64,000 nucleotides of DNA from Rhynchobatus australiae (lineage: Eukaryota). Made by a program: the position numbers and the translations under genes. The DNA is taken from positions 14,899,260-14,963,259 of the forward strand of contig JAUZTB010000074.1 of assembly GCA_034780895.1 (NCBI GenBank), read 5' to 3'. This document shows, piece by piece, positions 12,029 to 25,500 of this stretch (position 1 is its first letter; each line of letters starts with the position of its first letter). The notes beneath the pieces were generated by a model. That model saw only the letters and a list, made by a program, of their open reading frames with translations, made no database searches and had not been told where the DNA came from.

Positions 12029-12173
12029 CCTTGTTCGAGACCTTTCAAAACTTTTTCCTGACGGCCCCTGAAAATAGATTTTATTGTATTCACGCTTCAC
12101 TCTATTTAAATCACCATTATTATTTTTTTCCTCTTAATTTCATAATTATTTAGGTGCGAGCCTTTTCTGAGTT

Positions 12174-12192
12174 GGATTCTGGGAGATGTAGT
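12174..12192 (-). promoter_or_regulatory. ZNF143/THAP11-type (ACTACAnnTCCCA) promoter motif
   Basis: Minus strand reads ACTACATCTCCCAGAATCC, matching the ACTACAnnTCCCAnnnnnC composite motif of vertebrate CpG promoters. Confidence 0.7.
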
Positions 12193-12399
12193 TTGCAAAC
12201 ACCTCTGAAGCGCCCTCGCCCGTTCAGAAATCACATTGCGTCTGTTTCAGAGGAACAGAACCAAGTGACACAGAGCTGCAGGTAAAATCAGGCAGTGCTG
12301 GAGATACTCAGCAGGTCAGGTAGTATCCATGGAGTGAGAAACAGAGTTAACAATGAACTTCAGTCATTTAGCCTGCTCTGTCCTTCAGGCTGACCATCT

Positions 12400-12890
12400 G
12401 CTTCAAAGCCAAAGTCGAGTTTATTGTCAATATGCACAGGTGATACTTACTTGCAACAGCATCACAGCCACACATCATATAAGCAGTTTTCACAAAAAGA
12501 CACATAAATTATACACAATTTTTTACAAGGAAGAGCACAATTAGAAGGAAATAAAAACAAGGTCCATTGTAGTGCAAAGTAATAAAAGTGGTCATAATGT
12601 TGCTATTCTGAGGTAGTGATTAGGGTTGTGCAGGTTGGTTCAAGAACCAAATGGCTGAAGGAAAGTAGCTCTTCTTGAACCTGGTAGTGTGGGACTTCAT
12701 GGTGGGCAACTACTTTGACGATAGATTTTGTCTTCTTGAGGCAGCCTAATATAGATACTACAATGGTGTGGAGAGTTGTGCCTGTGATATATTGGGCTGA
12801 GTCCACTACTCTCTGCAGCTTCTTACATTCCTGTGCATTCAAATTGCCATAGCAGACCTTGATGCAACCAGTCAGGATACTTTCAACAAT
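12400..12890 (-). mobile_element. Rex1/Babar-like LINE 3' end
   Basis: Minus ORF NAQECKKLQRVVDSAQYITGTTL...CLKK; same family as 2705-3062. Confidence 0.75.
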
Positions 12891-13009
12891 ACGTCAAGCA
12901 CTACACTTGGGGGAAAAAAATTATCAACACTACCCTGCAAAGGTAGTGTTATAATGCTCCTTTCAATTATGTGTATTTGTATAGGCCCTTTAACAAATAC
13001 AATGAGATA

Positions 13010-13230
13010 ATGAGATGGACTATGACCTCATGATCCACCTTGTGACCTTGCACCTTAGTTCAATGCACTTTCTCTGTAGCTATGACACTTTACTGTTATT
13101 GTTTTTACCTGTACTACATCAATGCACTCTGTAATAACTCAGCGTATCTGCACTGTGTGATGAATTGACCTATACGATCAGTTTGTAAGGCAAGCTCGGT
13201 ACAAGTGACAATAGTAAACCAATACAAATA
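13010..13230 (+). mobile_element. LINE 3' UTR fragment (Rex1-like family tail)
   Basis: gacctc..gatc.acctt..gaccttgcacctt...caatgcactttctctgtagct...gtacaagtgacaat..aaacc tail, common in ray genomes from recall. Confidence 0.5.
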
Positions 13231-14709
13231 AAATGAACCGAGCCACTTCACAGTACAGTATTATCCAGCAGAATTTGGCATTGAGATAAAGATGTTCAGG
13301 CAGAGGACCAATAGAGTGCACATTATCTGGATACCACACCCCAATCTAATTGTATCACTGGGCAGTCAGTTGATAATTTTAGTGCTCTTACCAGCATGAA
13401 ATTGCACAAGGACATGAGAGTGTGAAGGAGGAGGGAGGGAGGTCACATGTTGGGATAAAAATGAATAGCACTATCTCCATACTATGAATGACAGCAATTG
13501 ATTTAATAAATCAGATCTTATGGCAAATGGAATCTGCATTTATGTAGTTTACTATTAGAGACAATTGTTGCACATATAAATGATCAAAAATGGAAGTCCC
13601 AAATAGAAATTGCAAAAGCTGGGAATTAAAGCTTGAAAATACATGAAATATGTAAAAGGTCTATCAACAGCTGAAATAAAAATGTGACAGGTTGTTTCAG
13701 ACAGCGACCCATGACAGGAACATGACATTATGGGAAAAATGGGATAAAAAACAAAAAGTGTTAATTCATACAGCTAATGAAAGGAAAATTATTTTTGAGG
13801 TTACAAAGAAATGAATGCGATACAAAGATTATTTCAACGATGTTTATAATATTTTCATTTATAAGTTAGTCACTTCCATGTTACAATCTTTGTTCTGCAA
13901 AATATTTAAAAATATTTGTAAAATATTTAAAAACAATTAAAATTATGCTTTTGTTTCCTGGTTTACAGACAGTCAGGCAGTTTGATGACACTATTGTTGT
14001 TGGATGCCAAAGTTCCTCTAGAACTGATCTCCAGGATTAGCAAAGGTAATCGCTAAATCTTTGTAGGCAGATTTCCTGAAGATCGGCAACAAATACCATT
14101 TTCCCACAAAATCTGGGGTTTTGTCAATTAAAGCTGTACTTGTTTCACAGCTGCATTGATTGTTATAAACAATTCTTTTATCCTGCAGAGAAAACAATGT
14201 TTTTGACTTTTGTGCCCTTTTTATTTAACTGGTTTGCTTTTATATTTTAGATGAGTCTTATAACAGAGTCTTACTACCCCATGGCATAATGAATATTTTT
14301 GCCTCCTCTAGTTTCTGAGTACATATTGGCAGTGTGACCAAAGATAAGGAATACAAAATTTTCCTTTGATTTAATCAGGTAATGAATCCTACCTGTGTCC
14401 CAATAGAACTCTCTTCTATCAATATGATAAAATAATTTCAGAAAGATCTAGTTGGCTTTAACAGGATGATCAAGTAAATTGTAATGAAGAAACAATCATT
14501 TCTAAGCTTATAGTTAACCTTCAATTTTAGAATTATATATATTTATTTAATTACTTTGTTCCAACTATTCAAGTTAACTGGTCTAGAGGCACAAGAGACT
14601 GCAGATGTTGGAATCTGGAGTCAACTGGTTCGACTAGTTGACATGAAGGCCCACATTGACTCTGCCTGAAATAGCTGAACAAAAGTAAAGTGCTTTTGAT
14701 GCTGGAGAT

Positions 14710-14993
14710 CTAAAATAAAAACAGAAATTGCTGGAAATGTTCTGGAGAATGGGCAGCATCTTTGTAGAGAAAAGCAAATTTAATATTCTTTATCCCCAGA
14801 ATCCTTTATACACTCTTGGTTTCTACCCAGTCACTGACCTTCCCTGTCGTTTATTCCTCCTTCTTCTGAATCAGAACATGCTTGAAAGTTGCTGCATTAC
14901 TAACATTTTCCAGTTGTGACTAAAGGTCATGGATCTGAAATGTTTATCTCTTCACAGATGCTTGATGTGCTGAATATTTCCAACATCTTTGTT
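14710..14993. mobile_element. Fold-back Penelope pLTR-derived element (degenerate)
   Basis: Left arm aaacagaaattgctggaaat...ggcagcatctttg; right arm cacagatgct...gctgaatatttccaacatctttgtt; decayed core gtgactaaaggtcatggatctgaaat. Confidence 0.6.
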
Positions 14994-15249
14994 CCTCATG
15001 AGGTTGTTGAACTTTGACTTTCATTTTCCAAAATAGTAATTGGAGTTGACAGAGCTGATAAACCACTGGCTGATTTCATGAAGAACTATCAGCGTGTATG
15101 AAATGGAATGAATGACACAATGTATTTTTGTTTACTTTATGTGGTTAGGCTGTTCCTTAAGTCAAAAGCCCCAGCCGGTGTTGTTCAAAACTCTTATGTT
15201 GTGTCTCAGCTAATAAAATCGGTACTAGTGATAAGCATCTTATAACCAT

Positions 15250-16100
15250 ATGACCATGTCATTGACCTGCCCTGCTACCTTTATGGATCAGTTGACATGT
15301 ATACCAAGGTCCCTCTGTTCCTCCAGACCATTCAATATGTTCTTATCTTTGTTTGCCATGCTGAACCTTTCCAAAAGCATTACCTCATTCTTCTCTGGAT
15401 TAAGTTCCATTTCTCATTTTTCTGTCCAACTGACAATATCATCTCGCCTCACCTGCACTCTAAAGCTTTCCTCTGGTCCACATTGCAAATTTTTGTGTCA
15501 ACTGCAAGCTTCTTTTATATGCCCCCAACATTTAGGTCTACATATTACAAAGAGCAAGAGACTGAGAACTATGAAAACCCACTAGTTAACAACCTTATAT
15601 AAACACCCATTAACCATTACCCTTTGCTTCTTTCCAAAGAGCTAATTTTGGGTTTAATTTATTGTCCTCCCTTAGATTCCACAGGCTTTTACTTTTGACC
15701 AGCCTGGCATGTGGGACCTTGTTAAAAGCCTTGCTAATACTTATACTCTAAGAAATGCACTGCCCTTATCCACCCTTGTTACCACCTCAAAAAAGTTCAC
15801 TCAAGTTAATCAGACATGACCTTGCCTTACTAAATCCATGTTGATTGTCTTTGATTAATCTGTGTTNNNNNNNNNNNNNNNNNNNNNNNNNNNNNNNNNN
15901 NNNNNNNNNNNNNNNNNNNNNNNNNNNNNNNNNNNNNNNNNNNNNGTAATTACTTGGTTTATCCCTTCCTCCCTTTTTAAACAATATTTCAAAGCGATCA
16001 TTCCTCTGGCACCACTCTAGGAAGAATTGAAAAATTGTCACTGCCTCTGTAATTTCTTCCTTTGTTTCTTTAAGAGCCTGGGGTATATTTTATATTCCTG
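15250..16100 (-). mobile_element. CR1 RT fragment
   Basis: Minus ORF LFKKGGRDKPSNY...LIKDNQHGFSKARSCLINL. Confidence 0.75.
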
Positions 16101-16174
16101 TCATACAAACAGAAAATAAACAAATAATGTTACATGCTTTATTAAATAACACTGATGTTTTTTCAATGTTGTCA

Positions 16175-17020
16175 GAGAATCACAGAAAGGGATTACAGCA
16201 TGGAAGGAGGCCATTTGACTCATTAAGTCTGTGCTGGCTTTTTGAAAGAACAATCCAGCTGGTCCTACCACCTCAGAGCCCTTAGTCAGTTCCCTTTGGA
16301 ATGTCAGTCGAATCACTATCCACCTGACAGCTCATTAACAAAAATATTTTTGTGATGTCGCTTTTGCCATTTTACCAAACATCATAGTATTATTTGGTTC
16401 TTAACCTTTTTTGTCAATGGGACCAGTTTCTCTCTTGGTTTTTCATGATTTTAAATATGTTTTTCATGATTTTCAATACATCTATCAGATCAGTTTCCAA
16501 ACTCCTCTGTTCCAAGAAGGCAGTCTATTCAAATAAAAAAAGCCCATCTCCAGCATTATACCAGCAAATCTATTCCACTAAAGCCACATATTTCCTCAAG
16601 TTTGGTCCCCAGAACCAGGTTCAATAATTAATTTACAGCCAAACTTGTGCTTCATTAAGGCTTATTGTCATTTCTTCACTCTTTTAAACTATATCTCAGT
16701 TTATAGAGCCCTGGATCTCATGCTGTCCTGTCATTTTCATTGATCTGTACAAATATACTCGTAGATTTTCCCATTCCTATTCCTCATTTGGAATTGTTGA
16801 GTTTATATTGCTTCCCCTCATTGTTCCAACCAAAATATAATGCCGTTGACAATATTTTGGATTAAATGTTATGTGCCACACACCTACCCTTTGCATCAAC
16901 CTGGTTACACACTGCAAGTTTGGAAATTGTTACCTGTAAATCCAAATCATTGATGTATCATGAGAAATAGTGACAGAGACTCCTGAGGAATACCACTGCA
17001 CTTTTCCCTCTACTCTCTCT
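16175..17020 (-). mobile_element. Old CR1 3' fragment
   Basis: Begins with the CR1 tail reverse complement (agaatcacagaa..ttacagcatggaaggaggccattt). Confidence 0.55.
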
Positions 17021-17619
17021 AAATATTTAATTGCATATTTTCCATTATTTTTGTTGCAATCCAGTGATTGATTGTTTAAGTAAATAAAAAAAATCAAAGT
17101 TCAGAGGTCATCACTATTATGCTGGATGTCTTCATTTCTCTAGCTTCCAGGTATTCTGTAATGAGGTCACTCTTATGATAAGATGGTTGGGAGAAGTACC
17201 TCCATAAAGGTGGTCACCACTCCGCTACATTTCCACCATTAGAATCCACCCCAAGCCTAGAAATTGGAGTTCTAAACCCCACCCCCTCAGGCTAACACTT
17301 CAGTGCAATACTGCTTCAAAGCTTAAGAAGAGTTATCACTAGGGCCCTAAAATTTATTCTTCAATCAACAAGATTGATCAGGTTTACCTAGAAATTAGAT
17401 TTCTTGATGCCACTTACTTACAAAGACTCATGATTTGGTCTTTGCGGTGCACTATTGGAGGGAACACCGCCAAGTTAGACCCATTCTTCCTTTTCACCTG
17501 CTTTACAGTGGCAGACCCATAACCAAAATGGTCATTGACATACCTTTCAACAACCAGTTAGTGCATTTGCAAGGCTGCACTGCAATTTCTACATACCTCT
17601 TTGCTGTTTTATTGGAGCC

Positions 17620-17750
17620 TATTGTATCCAAACTGGCTGCCACTTTCCTATGTTAGAACCATGACTACAGCTTAAAAGCACTTGATTGTTTGTAATGTGC
17701 TTTGGGATGTCTGGAGGTCAGGAAAGGTACTATGTAAATGCAAGTCTTGA
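17620..17750 (+). mobile_element. Deu-SINE 3' tail
   Basis: aaactggctgccactttccta...atgactaca..ttaaaagcacttgattg..tgtaatgtgctttgggatgtctggaggtcaggaaaggtactatgtaaatgcaagtc. Confidence 0.65.
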
Positions 17751-19399
17751 CTTTTCTCATACTCTATATAGCCTACCTTNNNNNNNNNNNNNNNNNNNNN
17801 NNNNNNNNNNNNNNNNNNNNNNNNNNNNNNNNNNNNNNNNNNNNNNNNNNNNNNNNNNNNNNNNNNNNNNNNNNNNNNNNNNNNNNNNNNNNNNNNNNNN
17901 NNNNNNNNNNNNNNNNNNNNNNNNNNNNNNNNNNNNNNNNNNNNNNNNNNNNNNNNNNNNNNNNNNNNNNNNNNNNNNNNNNNNNNNNNNNNNNNNNNNN
18001 NNNNNNNNNNNNNNNNNNNNNNNNNNNNNNNNNNNNNNNNNNNNNNNNNNNNNNNNNNNNNNNNNNNNNNNNNNNNNNNNNNNNNNNNNNNNNNNNNNNN
18101 NNNNNNNNNNNNNNNNNNNNNNNNNNNNNNNNNNNNNNNNNNNNNNNNNNNNNNNNNNNNNNNNNNNNNNNNNNNNNNNNNNNNNCGTCCTACTGGGTGG
18201 TTCCAAAACTGTTTTCCTCCCCCCCCCCCCCCCCCCCTCCGGAGTTCACCTTCCACACATTATTCGGACTGATTCCATTCCGTCTCATCATTGGCTCCAG
18301 ATTGCTTCTCTGCTCCTACTTACCTTCCCCTCTGCATCCTAACCCATACTTGGTTCCCATCTGAAGCTACTTTTGGAGCTCTCTACCTAAACTCTCGTGT
18401 TATTGGTTCCTTCCCACTATGATGTGCTGTTATAATAGAGAGGAGAGGTTAAATATTTATTATTATTTTCAAGTCTATTGTAAGAACAAGTAGTGAGCAA
18501 AATGTGTTCAGCTATTTGGTCCTGTGCAATCAAATATCCTGATACCTCATTGCCTTGGAGAACGACTGCTTGGGCGAGATATTGGAGGCTCACCAATGTT
18601 CCTCAAATTGAACAGCAAAGGATCATGCCTTCAGGCTACTGGAGAAACAGAATGACTTTTTTTTAAAAGCTGTTTGTCGGGCAAATTAAGGAGAACACAA
18701 TCCTGGCACAGTTACGGAGACTGGACTCTTACATGTTAATGAAAACACAGTGGGGTAGAAATCTGCCAATGGAAATAAATTTTGGAAGCTCAGCAAAACA
18801 TTCAGCCATTAACTATATGTGCACCTAACACAAGTGACTGAGGACATATTTTTACCCCAATGTTTCTATGCACACACACAGTCATGGACAGACAGACACA
18901 GAGATTCACATATATTTTGTATATTTGAGTATTAACCATGTCAAAAAAATACAGAGTATGATTTTACATAGAGAATTTTATGCTATATAACACTAAACAG
19001 GACAAAAAATCATCTGTCCAATAAGTGAAACATTAATTTAAATATTAAATAAAAGACAAATAAAATAAAATGTTTCAACACTAAACTACTTCTTGTTTTT
19101 ACTATTGCAACACATCCAATAAAGTGGTTTGTGACTTCCATTGTAACAGTACAGATAATATCAGGACAACATGGTTTTCATTCCAGTCTACAGCTTGCTT
19201 TAAGTACAAGGGATTTTATTCAAAACACTTACACAAGACTGGCCCACTGCCTAATAGGTGCTGGGGTTCTAAAAGACTAGTACCAATAATTGCTCACAAT
19301 TATGTATTGTGCATTATTTTATTTCCATTAATTAGCTGAACATGTGCCATTCTCCAGAAAAGAAACAGGAAAAAAAAGTCCTAACCAATACAAAGGTTG

Positions 19400-19553
19400 C
19401 TAACATCGTGCTGAAAAGTGAGGATTTGTTGGAAACTCCGTATAAGATTTTAATTCATACGCAGCACCGCTGTCAACTTCCATTGACTTTCGAGAGAAAA
19501 GGAGTCTGACATCTCTGTGGAGGTAGATCTTGCCAGATTTTGAACTCTGGAAC
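19400..19553 (-). CDS. ATOSA: ATOSA last coding exon (FQSSKSGKIYLHRDVRLLFSRKSMEVDSGAAYELKSYTEFPTNPHFSARC*)
   Basis: gttgtag|G TTC CAG; TAG at 19402-19400; near-identical to the human C-terminus. Confidence 0.96.
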
Positions 19554-22500
19554 CTACAACATACAAAACAATCTGATTATACATTCATCAGATCTCAAAT
19601 TATTACAAACAAAATAAACATCTGATTCATCTACCCACCGACTTTTAAACATAGATAAATATGATCTTTATAATTTTTTTGTATGCTTCCCAAAAGCAGA
19701 GTTATGGTCCACAAGTCCTGGAAAGAACAGGTTATACAGATGCTTTTACTGAAGAATAAATTTGAATGTTGATGTCACTATTACAAATCTGACTGAGGTT
19801 AGCCTTAAGTTGAAAATGTTCTAGAAGACAATACATGTTATTGGGCACTGAATTTATATGGGAATTATCCCAATATACAGAATTTACATCTATTTTTCTA
19901 CACAAAGAGGGAGAGCAAATCACTTCTTGGATTTTAGACCTTGTGACAAAAAAAAGGACTCCAATCTCATTCTTCTGCCTTCATCCACCAGACCACTCCA
20001 AAAAAATTACATCAACTCCCACTGTGTTCATTCTTTTTTTAAACCAATTTACAACCCATTTTCTATTTATTCTCTTTTAATTATCCCTAAAAGGCTGCTG
20101 TGTGGGACTTTAAAATCCCATAATCCTTGCACNNNNNNNNNNNNNNNNNNNNNNNNNNNNNNNNNNNNNNNNNNNNNNNNNNNNNNNNNNNNNNNNNNNN
20201 NNNNNNNNNNNNNNNNNNNNNNNNNNNNNNNNAATCCCATAATCCTTGCACACTACATCCATTACATTTCTCTCCATAATTAAGTCTACGAAGATAGTCA
20301 TGCATAACCATTTTTGGGATCCATGCTACTTCTGGCTATTGCTTGATTTGTATTTAAAATAATCCCACAAATGGCATGAAGGCCTGCAATTACCCAGACT
20401 AAATTTGACATCCAAACCACTTTCAGTTTTTGGCTCACATAAACAGTGGAATTTTAATTACAACTCCAAGCACAAGGTCTTTTCTTTGCTCATTTTCCTA
20501 ACGATCCCACGATATATCCAGTTGCATCCTGGAGATATACACTCCTTTAGTCGAATGTATCTTTCTAAAAATTTTCTCACTGATCATAATATCATTCAAC
20601 TTGCCGTTAACTAATTCAGAGTTCATCTTCTCTTGGATATCCCTTTCTTCACTATAAGATCAATGCAAGCACATCAAATATCTTGCTATTTTCTTTTTGA
20701 TTATTAGCTACTAATCAATAATCCTCTACACATTAGAAGGACCAGTTTGCTTTTAACAGCTATCATTTTAAACTGATAATTCTAAAATAATGCCCATGGG
20801 TGTATAGTGTTCATTTTTTCCTTCTCAGTGCTACTTATCTAGTTGTTAAATCCCTGTCTTCCAACATTCACTTTTCGATTTATCACTTTTATTATTTTCC
20901 AGGCTTTATCTTCAACATTTATTGGCTGCTAACATCAAGATTCCAATGCATAGAAATTACAAATTTCTGTTTTCAATTATACATTTAATTTTTCCAACAC
21001 ATATTAACTTTGCAATTTCCTGCCCAATATTTACTTGTTAAAGAACATCACTAATACCTACCAACTGTGTTAATATCATTAATGTCTTNNNNNNNNNNNN
21101 NNNNNNNNNNNNNNNNNNNNNNNNNNNNNNNNNNNNNNNNNNNNNNNNNNNNNNNNNNNNNNNNNNNNNNNNNNNNNNNNNNNNNNNNNNNNNNNNNNNN
21201 NNNNNNNNNNNNNNNNNNNNNNNNNNNNNNNNNNNNNNNNNNNNNNNNNNNNNNNNNNNNNNNNNNNNNNNNNNNNNNNNNNNNNNNNNNNNNNNNNNNN
21301 NNNNNNNNNNNNNNNNNNNNNNNNNNNNNNNNNNNNNNNNNNNNNNNNNNNNNNNNNNNNNNNNNNNNNNNNNNNNNNNNNNNNNNNNNNNNNNNNNNNN
21401 NNNNNNNNNNNNNNNNNNNNNNNNNNNNNNNNNNNNNNNNNNNNNNNNNNNNNNNNNNNNNNNNNNNNNNNNNNNNNNNNNNNNNNNNNNNNNNNNNNNN
21501 NNNNNNNNNNNNNNACTTACTTATATATATAAAAAAATAAAAAAAGGAATATCCACAAATGCAGAAGGGAAATCATGTACTTTCTACCTTGTATTTAGGA
21601 AGAATTTCAATAAACCTTAACAGCTAAACTCCATGGTTAAGGAAGTAGCATTTAATAAATAGCAAACATGTAACCTCGAGTCTGTTCTTTTGTTCAATCA
21701 GATCACAGCTGTTTCATGATCTAACTACATAACATAATTTGCCCCACACTCCTTTAACTAACAGGAATTTATTAAAATTAACAAATTACTAAACATTAAT
21801 TGCTGTTTGCAGAGAGGAGTTCCAACCTTTACCACTCTCTGCATGCTGAAATGCTCTTCAAATTCACCCCTGAAAAGTCTGGCTCTAATTTTCATTCTAT
21901 GTGCCCAGTCCTTGAGTTCACAACCAGTGGAAATATTTTATTTATGTATACTCTATTGTGGTTCATCTTATTATGTTGAAAACATTAATCAAATCACCTA
22001 TTAACCTTCTAAGTTCCAAGAAAAACAACCTTGTGTGATGTCTTCATAATGTAACCCTTTGAATCCAGGTACCAGACTAGCAAATCATGCTGTATTCCCA
22101 GTACTCCAGGGATTTATACCATGACAAACACACCCTGTATTTAGTGCTCCAAATATCATTATTACTCTTTTTGATAATTTTCTTTATTCACCCATGATAT
22201 TTAAACAAAGTCTGTGAACCCCAAGTCTCTTTNNNNNNNNNNNNNNNNNNNNNNNNTAGCTTTTAGGACAGGTACATGGATAGAAAAGGTTGGAAGGGAT
22301 ATGGGCCAAATGCAGGCAAATGGGACGAGCTCAGGAAGACATTTTGGTCAGCATGGACAAGTTGGGCTGAAGGGCCTGCCTCTATGCTGTACTTCTTTTG
22401 TCCATTTGGCTTCTAATTGAATGATCACATACAAGAATCTATTTGCCACAGTTCTATCCACTTGCTTAATCCATTTTACATCGCTATGTTTTAATCAGTG

Positions 22501-25500
22501 CTTCAGTGCTAGAAGTGATGTGAATTATCAAATAACCTGCACTGAAGAAAGCAGGAATGGACTTTAGGTAATTTCCAAATGTTTTTTTTTGCCATAGACT
22601 AAAAGTTACTGCAATAAATGGTTTGTTAGGAACTAAGAAATTCACAACACATAAGTAATCTGCATCATCACAGCTATGGTCCTCACTGCATCAATAAAAA
22701 ATAAATCTTATTTATAAACATATTTGTTTGGCATAGCTAAGTAAAAGTTTGTTTTGGTATTCAGATCATGGAGGAACTGATTCTAATGCCAGAATACTAC
22801 TAATGACAAAAAGAATGAGGCCTTACCACCAGGTCAATCCAGTGCATATCCAAAATAAAATAAAAGCAAAAATACTTGAAGACTGTAAAATTAAATTGTT
22901 TTGCCACCCTGTTTAATTAAGGATTGAATTAAAATTCAGGCATAAATTTAAAACCTGCTGTTTGTGTGATCAGTGAAGTTCCAGACACAAGATCTCAGTT
23001 CAGTATAACAGTCATAACTTGTGAATTTAAATGACAATATTCAGATAAATAGATAATGGGTATGGTATGTAAATGCAGTATTTCAGGGAATGCAATGTCA
23101 TTAGGAGGAACCAGCACTACAACTGATCTGTGCTTTACCTGACCTCAGAAAGCTCGTTGAAGACACGTGGTCAAAAAGTAAAATAATTCTACACCAAGTA
23201 GTCTTATCACCATCGTTCTCCCCCCCTATTCTCCACCCCACCCTACCCCTACCCACCACCAATAGCCAATTGCCACAAAGAATAAAAGAGTAAAAATGCA
23301 AACACTTTGCTCATTTTAACTGTGGACAATATACTTCATGAGTCAAGGTGCTTCAAGATATGGGGCATATGGAATAAGGCCACAGATCAGTCATTACCTC
23401 AGTGAATAATGGACTAAATGGACTATTTCTGTTCCCACACAAATGAGGTCACATTTTTCAGAAGCTTTGAAACAGTGTGTTGGGCTCCATCTCAAAATAT
23501 GGATTCAATTACCAGTGGTTTTCTTCTGAGCTGAACAGAATCATTTGTGTTCACAGCACAACTCCTCACGGACTTCACTTTAAAATTACTGCTCTAGTTC
23601 TACAGAAGCTGAAAACAAAGGAAACTTTCCTGTGATGTTATCTTAAGCAGATTCCAAGCTAAAGACAAAAATGTCGCAGACATTCTTTTCTAATGGGGTG
23701 CCGTGATCAATGCTATGATGTAATTAAAACAATATTTTATTAGATTTTTCCTTGAAAATTTGCTTGATTTAGAACATAGAACATAGAAAAACTACAGCAC
23801 AATTCAGGCCCTTCAGCCCACAAACAAACCACTTCACACTTATCTGGGTTGAACTGCATCTGTCACTTCTCAGCCCAACTCTGCATCTTATCCATGTCCC
23901 TCTGTAACCTCTGACAGCCCTCCAAACTATCCACAACACCCTGAGTTTATATTCAGAAAATGAGAAATCTCTGCCACCGTGCCATTGCCACTTCAAGCCA
24001 GAAGACAAAACATATACTGTAAATGCAGTGTAGTAATAACTGGCCTAATTTTTTCTGAATTTATATTCAGAATATTTGAATCTTTGGCCACAACAGGCTA
24101 AGCTATGTTGTTTTATGTGGAAACAAAAGGTTCAGATGACTGTAATTACTTACTACTCCGACTAATGTCAATTGCAAAATACTGTAAAATTATTCTATCT
24201 TTCTGGTTACCTCAAGTGTACGAGGTAGCGAAGAATCCTTTCTTCAGTCTGGATTATGTTTTCTTTATTGGCATGTCCAACAGTTTCACGTTTCACGGGA
24301 ACAGAAAATGTCCTCTGTCGTAGGAATGTCTGGTGATTGGCTGGCATATCTCTCAAGTCATAAATCACTACAAACATCTTAACCACCGTCTTGTTTGGAT
24401 TGAATAAGGTCTGAAACATAATTTACATTTGTGAGTTATAAATGTTATAACATAGATAAAAGTGCTGCATAAAATATTTCTGCAGGTCATGAGCAAATCC
24501 GATTAACAAAAGCAGAATTAACATGCACAAAATGTAACTGCTCTTTCGGGGAATCGTGACATAATGGTTTTAATACCTGCCTACACTTCAAAAAATCTAC
24601 TCAAAAATGCTAATAACCAATGACAGCATGATATTGTAACATTTTCAAATTCTTCAAACAGATACGATTTCTGTTTTCTCCCAGCCTATCGTGGTCACCA
24701 CCCATGGCTAGGCATGTCCATGAGAAATCTCTGCCACCGTGCCATTGCCACTTCAAGCCAGAAGACAAAATGTATACTGTAAAAGCAGTGCAGTAATAAC
24801 TGGACTAATTTTTTTCTGCACTCCTAAAGATGTAACGTGGAGGGCTTTCTGCATTTGCTCCACACATCAATGTGGTGAAAATCTCTAACTCTCAGTAAAG
24901 TGTTGAAAATAAAAATCACTCTTGCATTCCATCGCTGCATGCCTGTCTGTGTTAGTCAACCAGTATGTACTGGCACACGAAATGAGAGGGAGGGAAGAAA
25001 ACTATTTATATAGCATTTTTTGTATTCCCTTCAAGATGTGAATACTTTAAAGTGCAGTCCTTGTTGAAACCCAGCAAATGCAGTAACCAATTTGGCACAG
25101 CAAGCTCTTAGAAAGAGCCAGGTAAAAATGACCTGATAATCTGCTTCACAGTAATTTGTGAAAGAGATTAATATTGGCCAGAACTCCTGGGAAACTTAAC
25201 ACTGAACTTATACCAAGAAAGTTCTAAAATAGAGCACAAACTGTTCATAGTGCAAAGCCTGTATTTTAGAATGTGAACATTCTTGCAATACACAAGGCTA
25301 ATTTACCCAGGCACCTTTAGAAATGCAACAAAAGACCATATCAAACCCAAGTATCCAATTCTTTTAAAATGTCATACAAACAGAAGAAAATAGGAGCAGA
25401 CCACATGCACCTGGGAGTACTTAAGCAATGAATTTACTTATTCTTTTCTTCCCTTGTGTTATTCTANNNNNNNNNNNNNNNNNNNNNNNNNNNNNNNNNN

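Larger units (their letters stand above)
11838..12200 (-). promoter_or_regulatory. ARPP19 CpG island / housekeeping-type promoter
   Basis: The only strongly CpG-rich stretch in the window, overlapping exon 1. Contains TGCGCATGCGCA (11977-11988), TGACGTAA on minus (12021-12028) and ACTACATCTCCCAGAATCC on minus (12174-12192). Confidence 0.85.

Noticed and set aside
13895-13940. Short AT-rich iterations (aaaatattt x3), plus similar micro-duplications at about 9280, 16440 and 30520
   Set aside because: Low-complexity slippage products; no regular repeat-spacer organisation, so not CRISPR-like.
20114-20251. 19-bp direct repeat aatcccataatccttgcac on both sides of a 100-N gap
   Set aside because: Typical unmerged contig overlap, not a target-site duplication or array.
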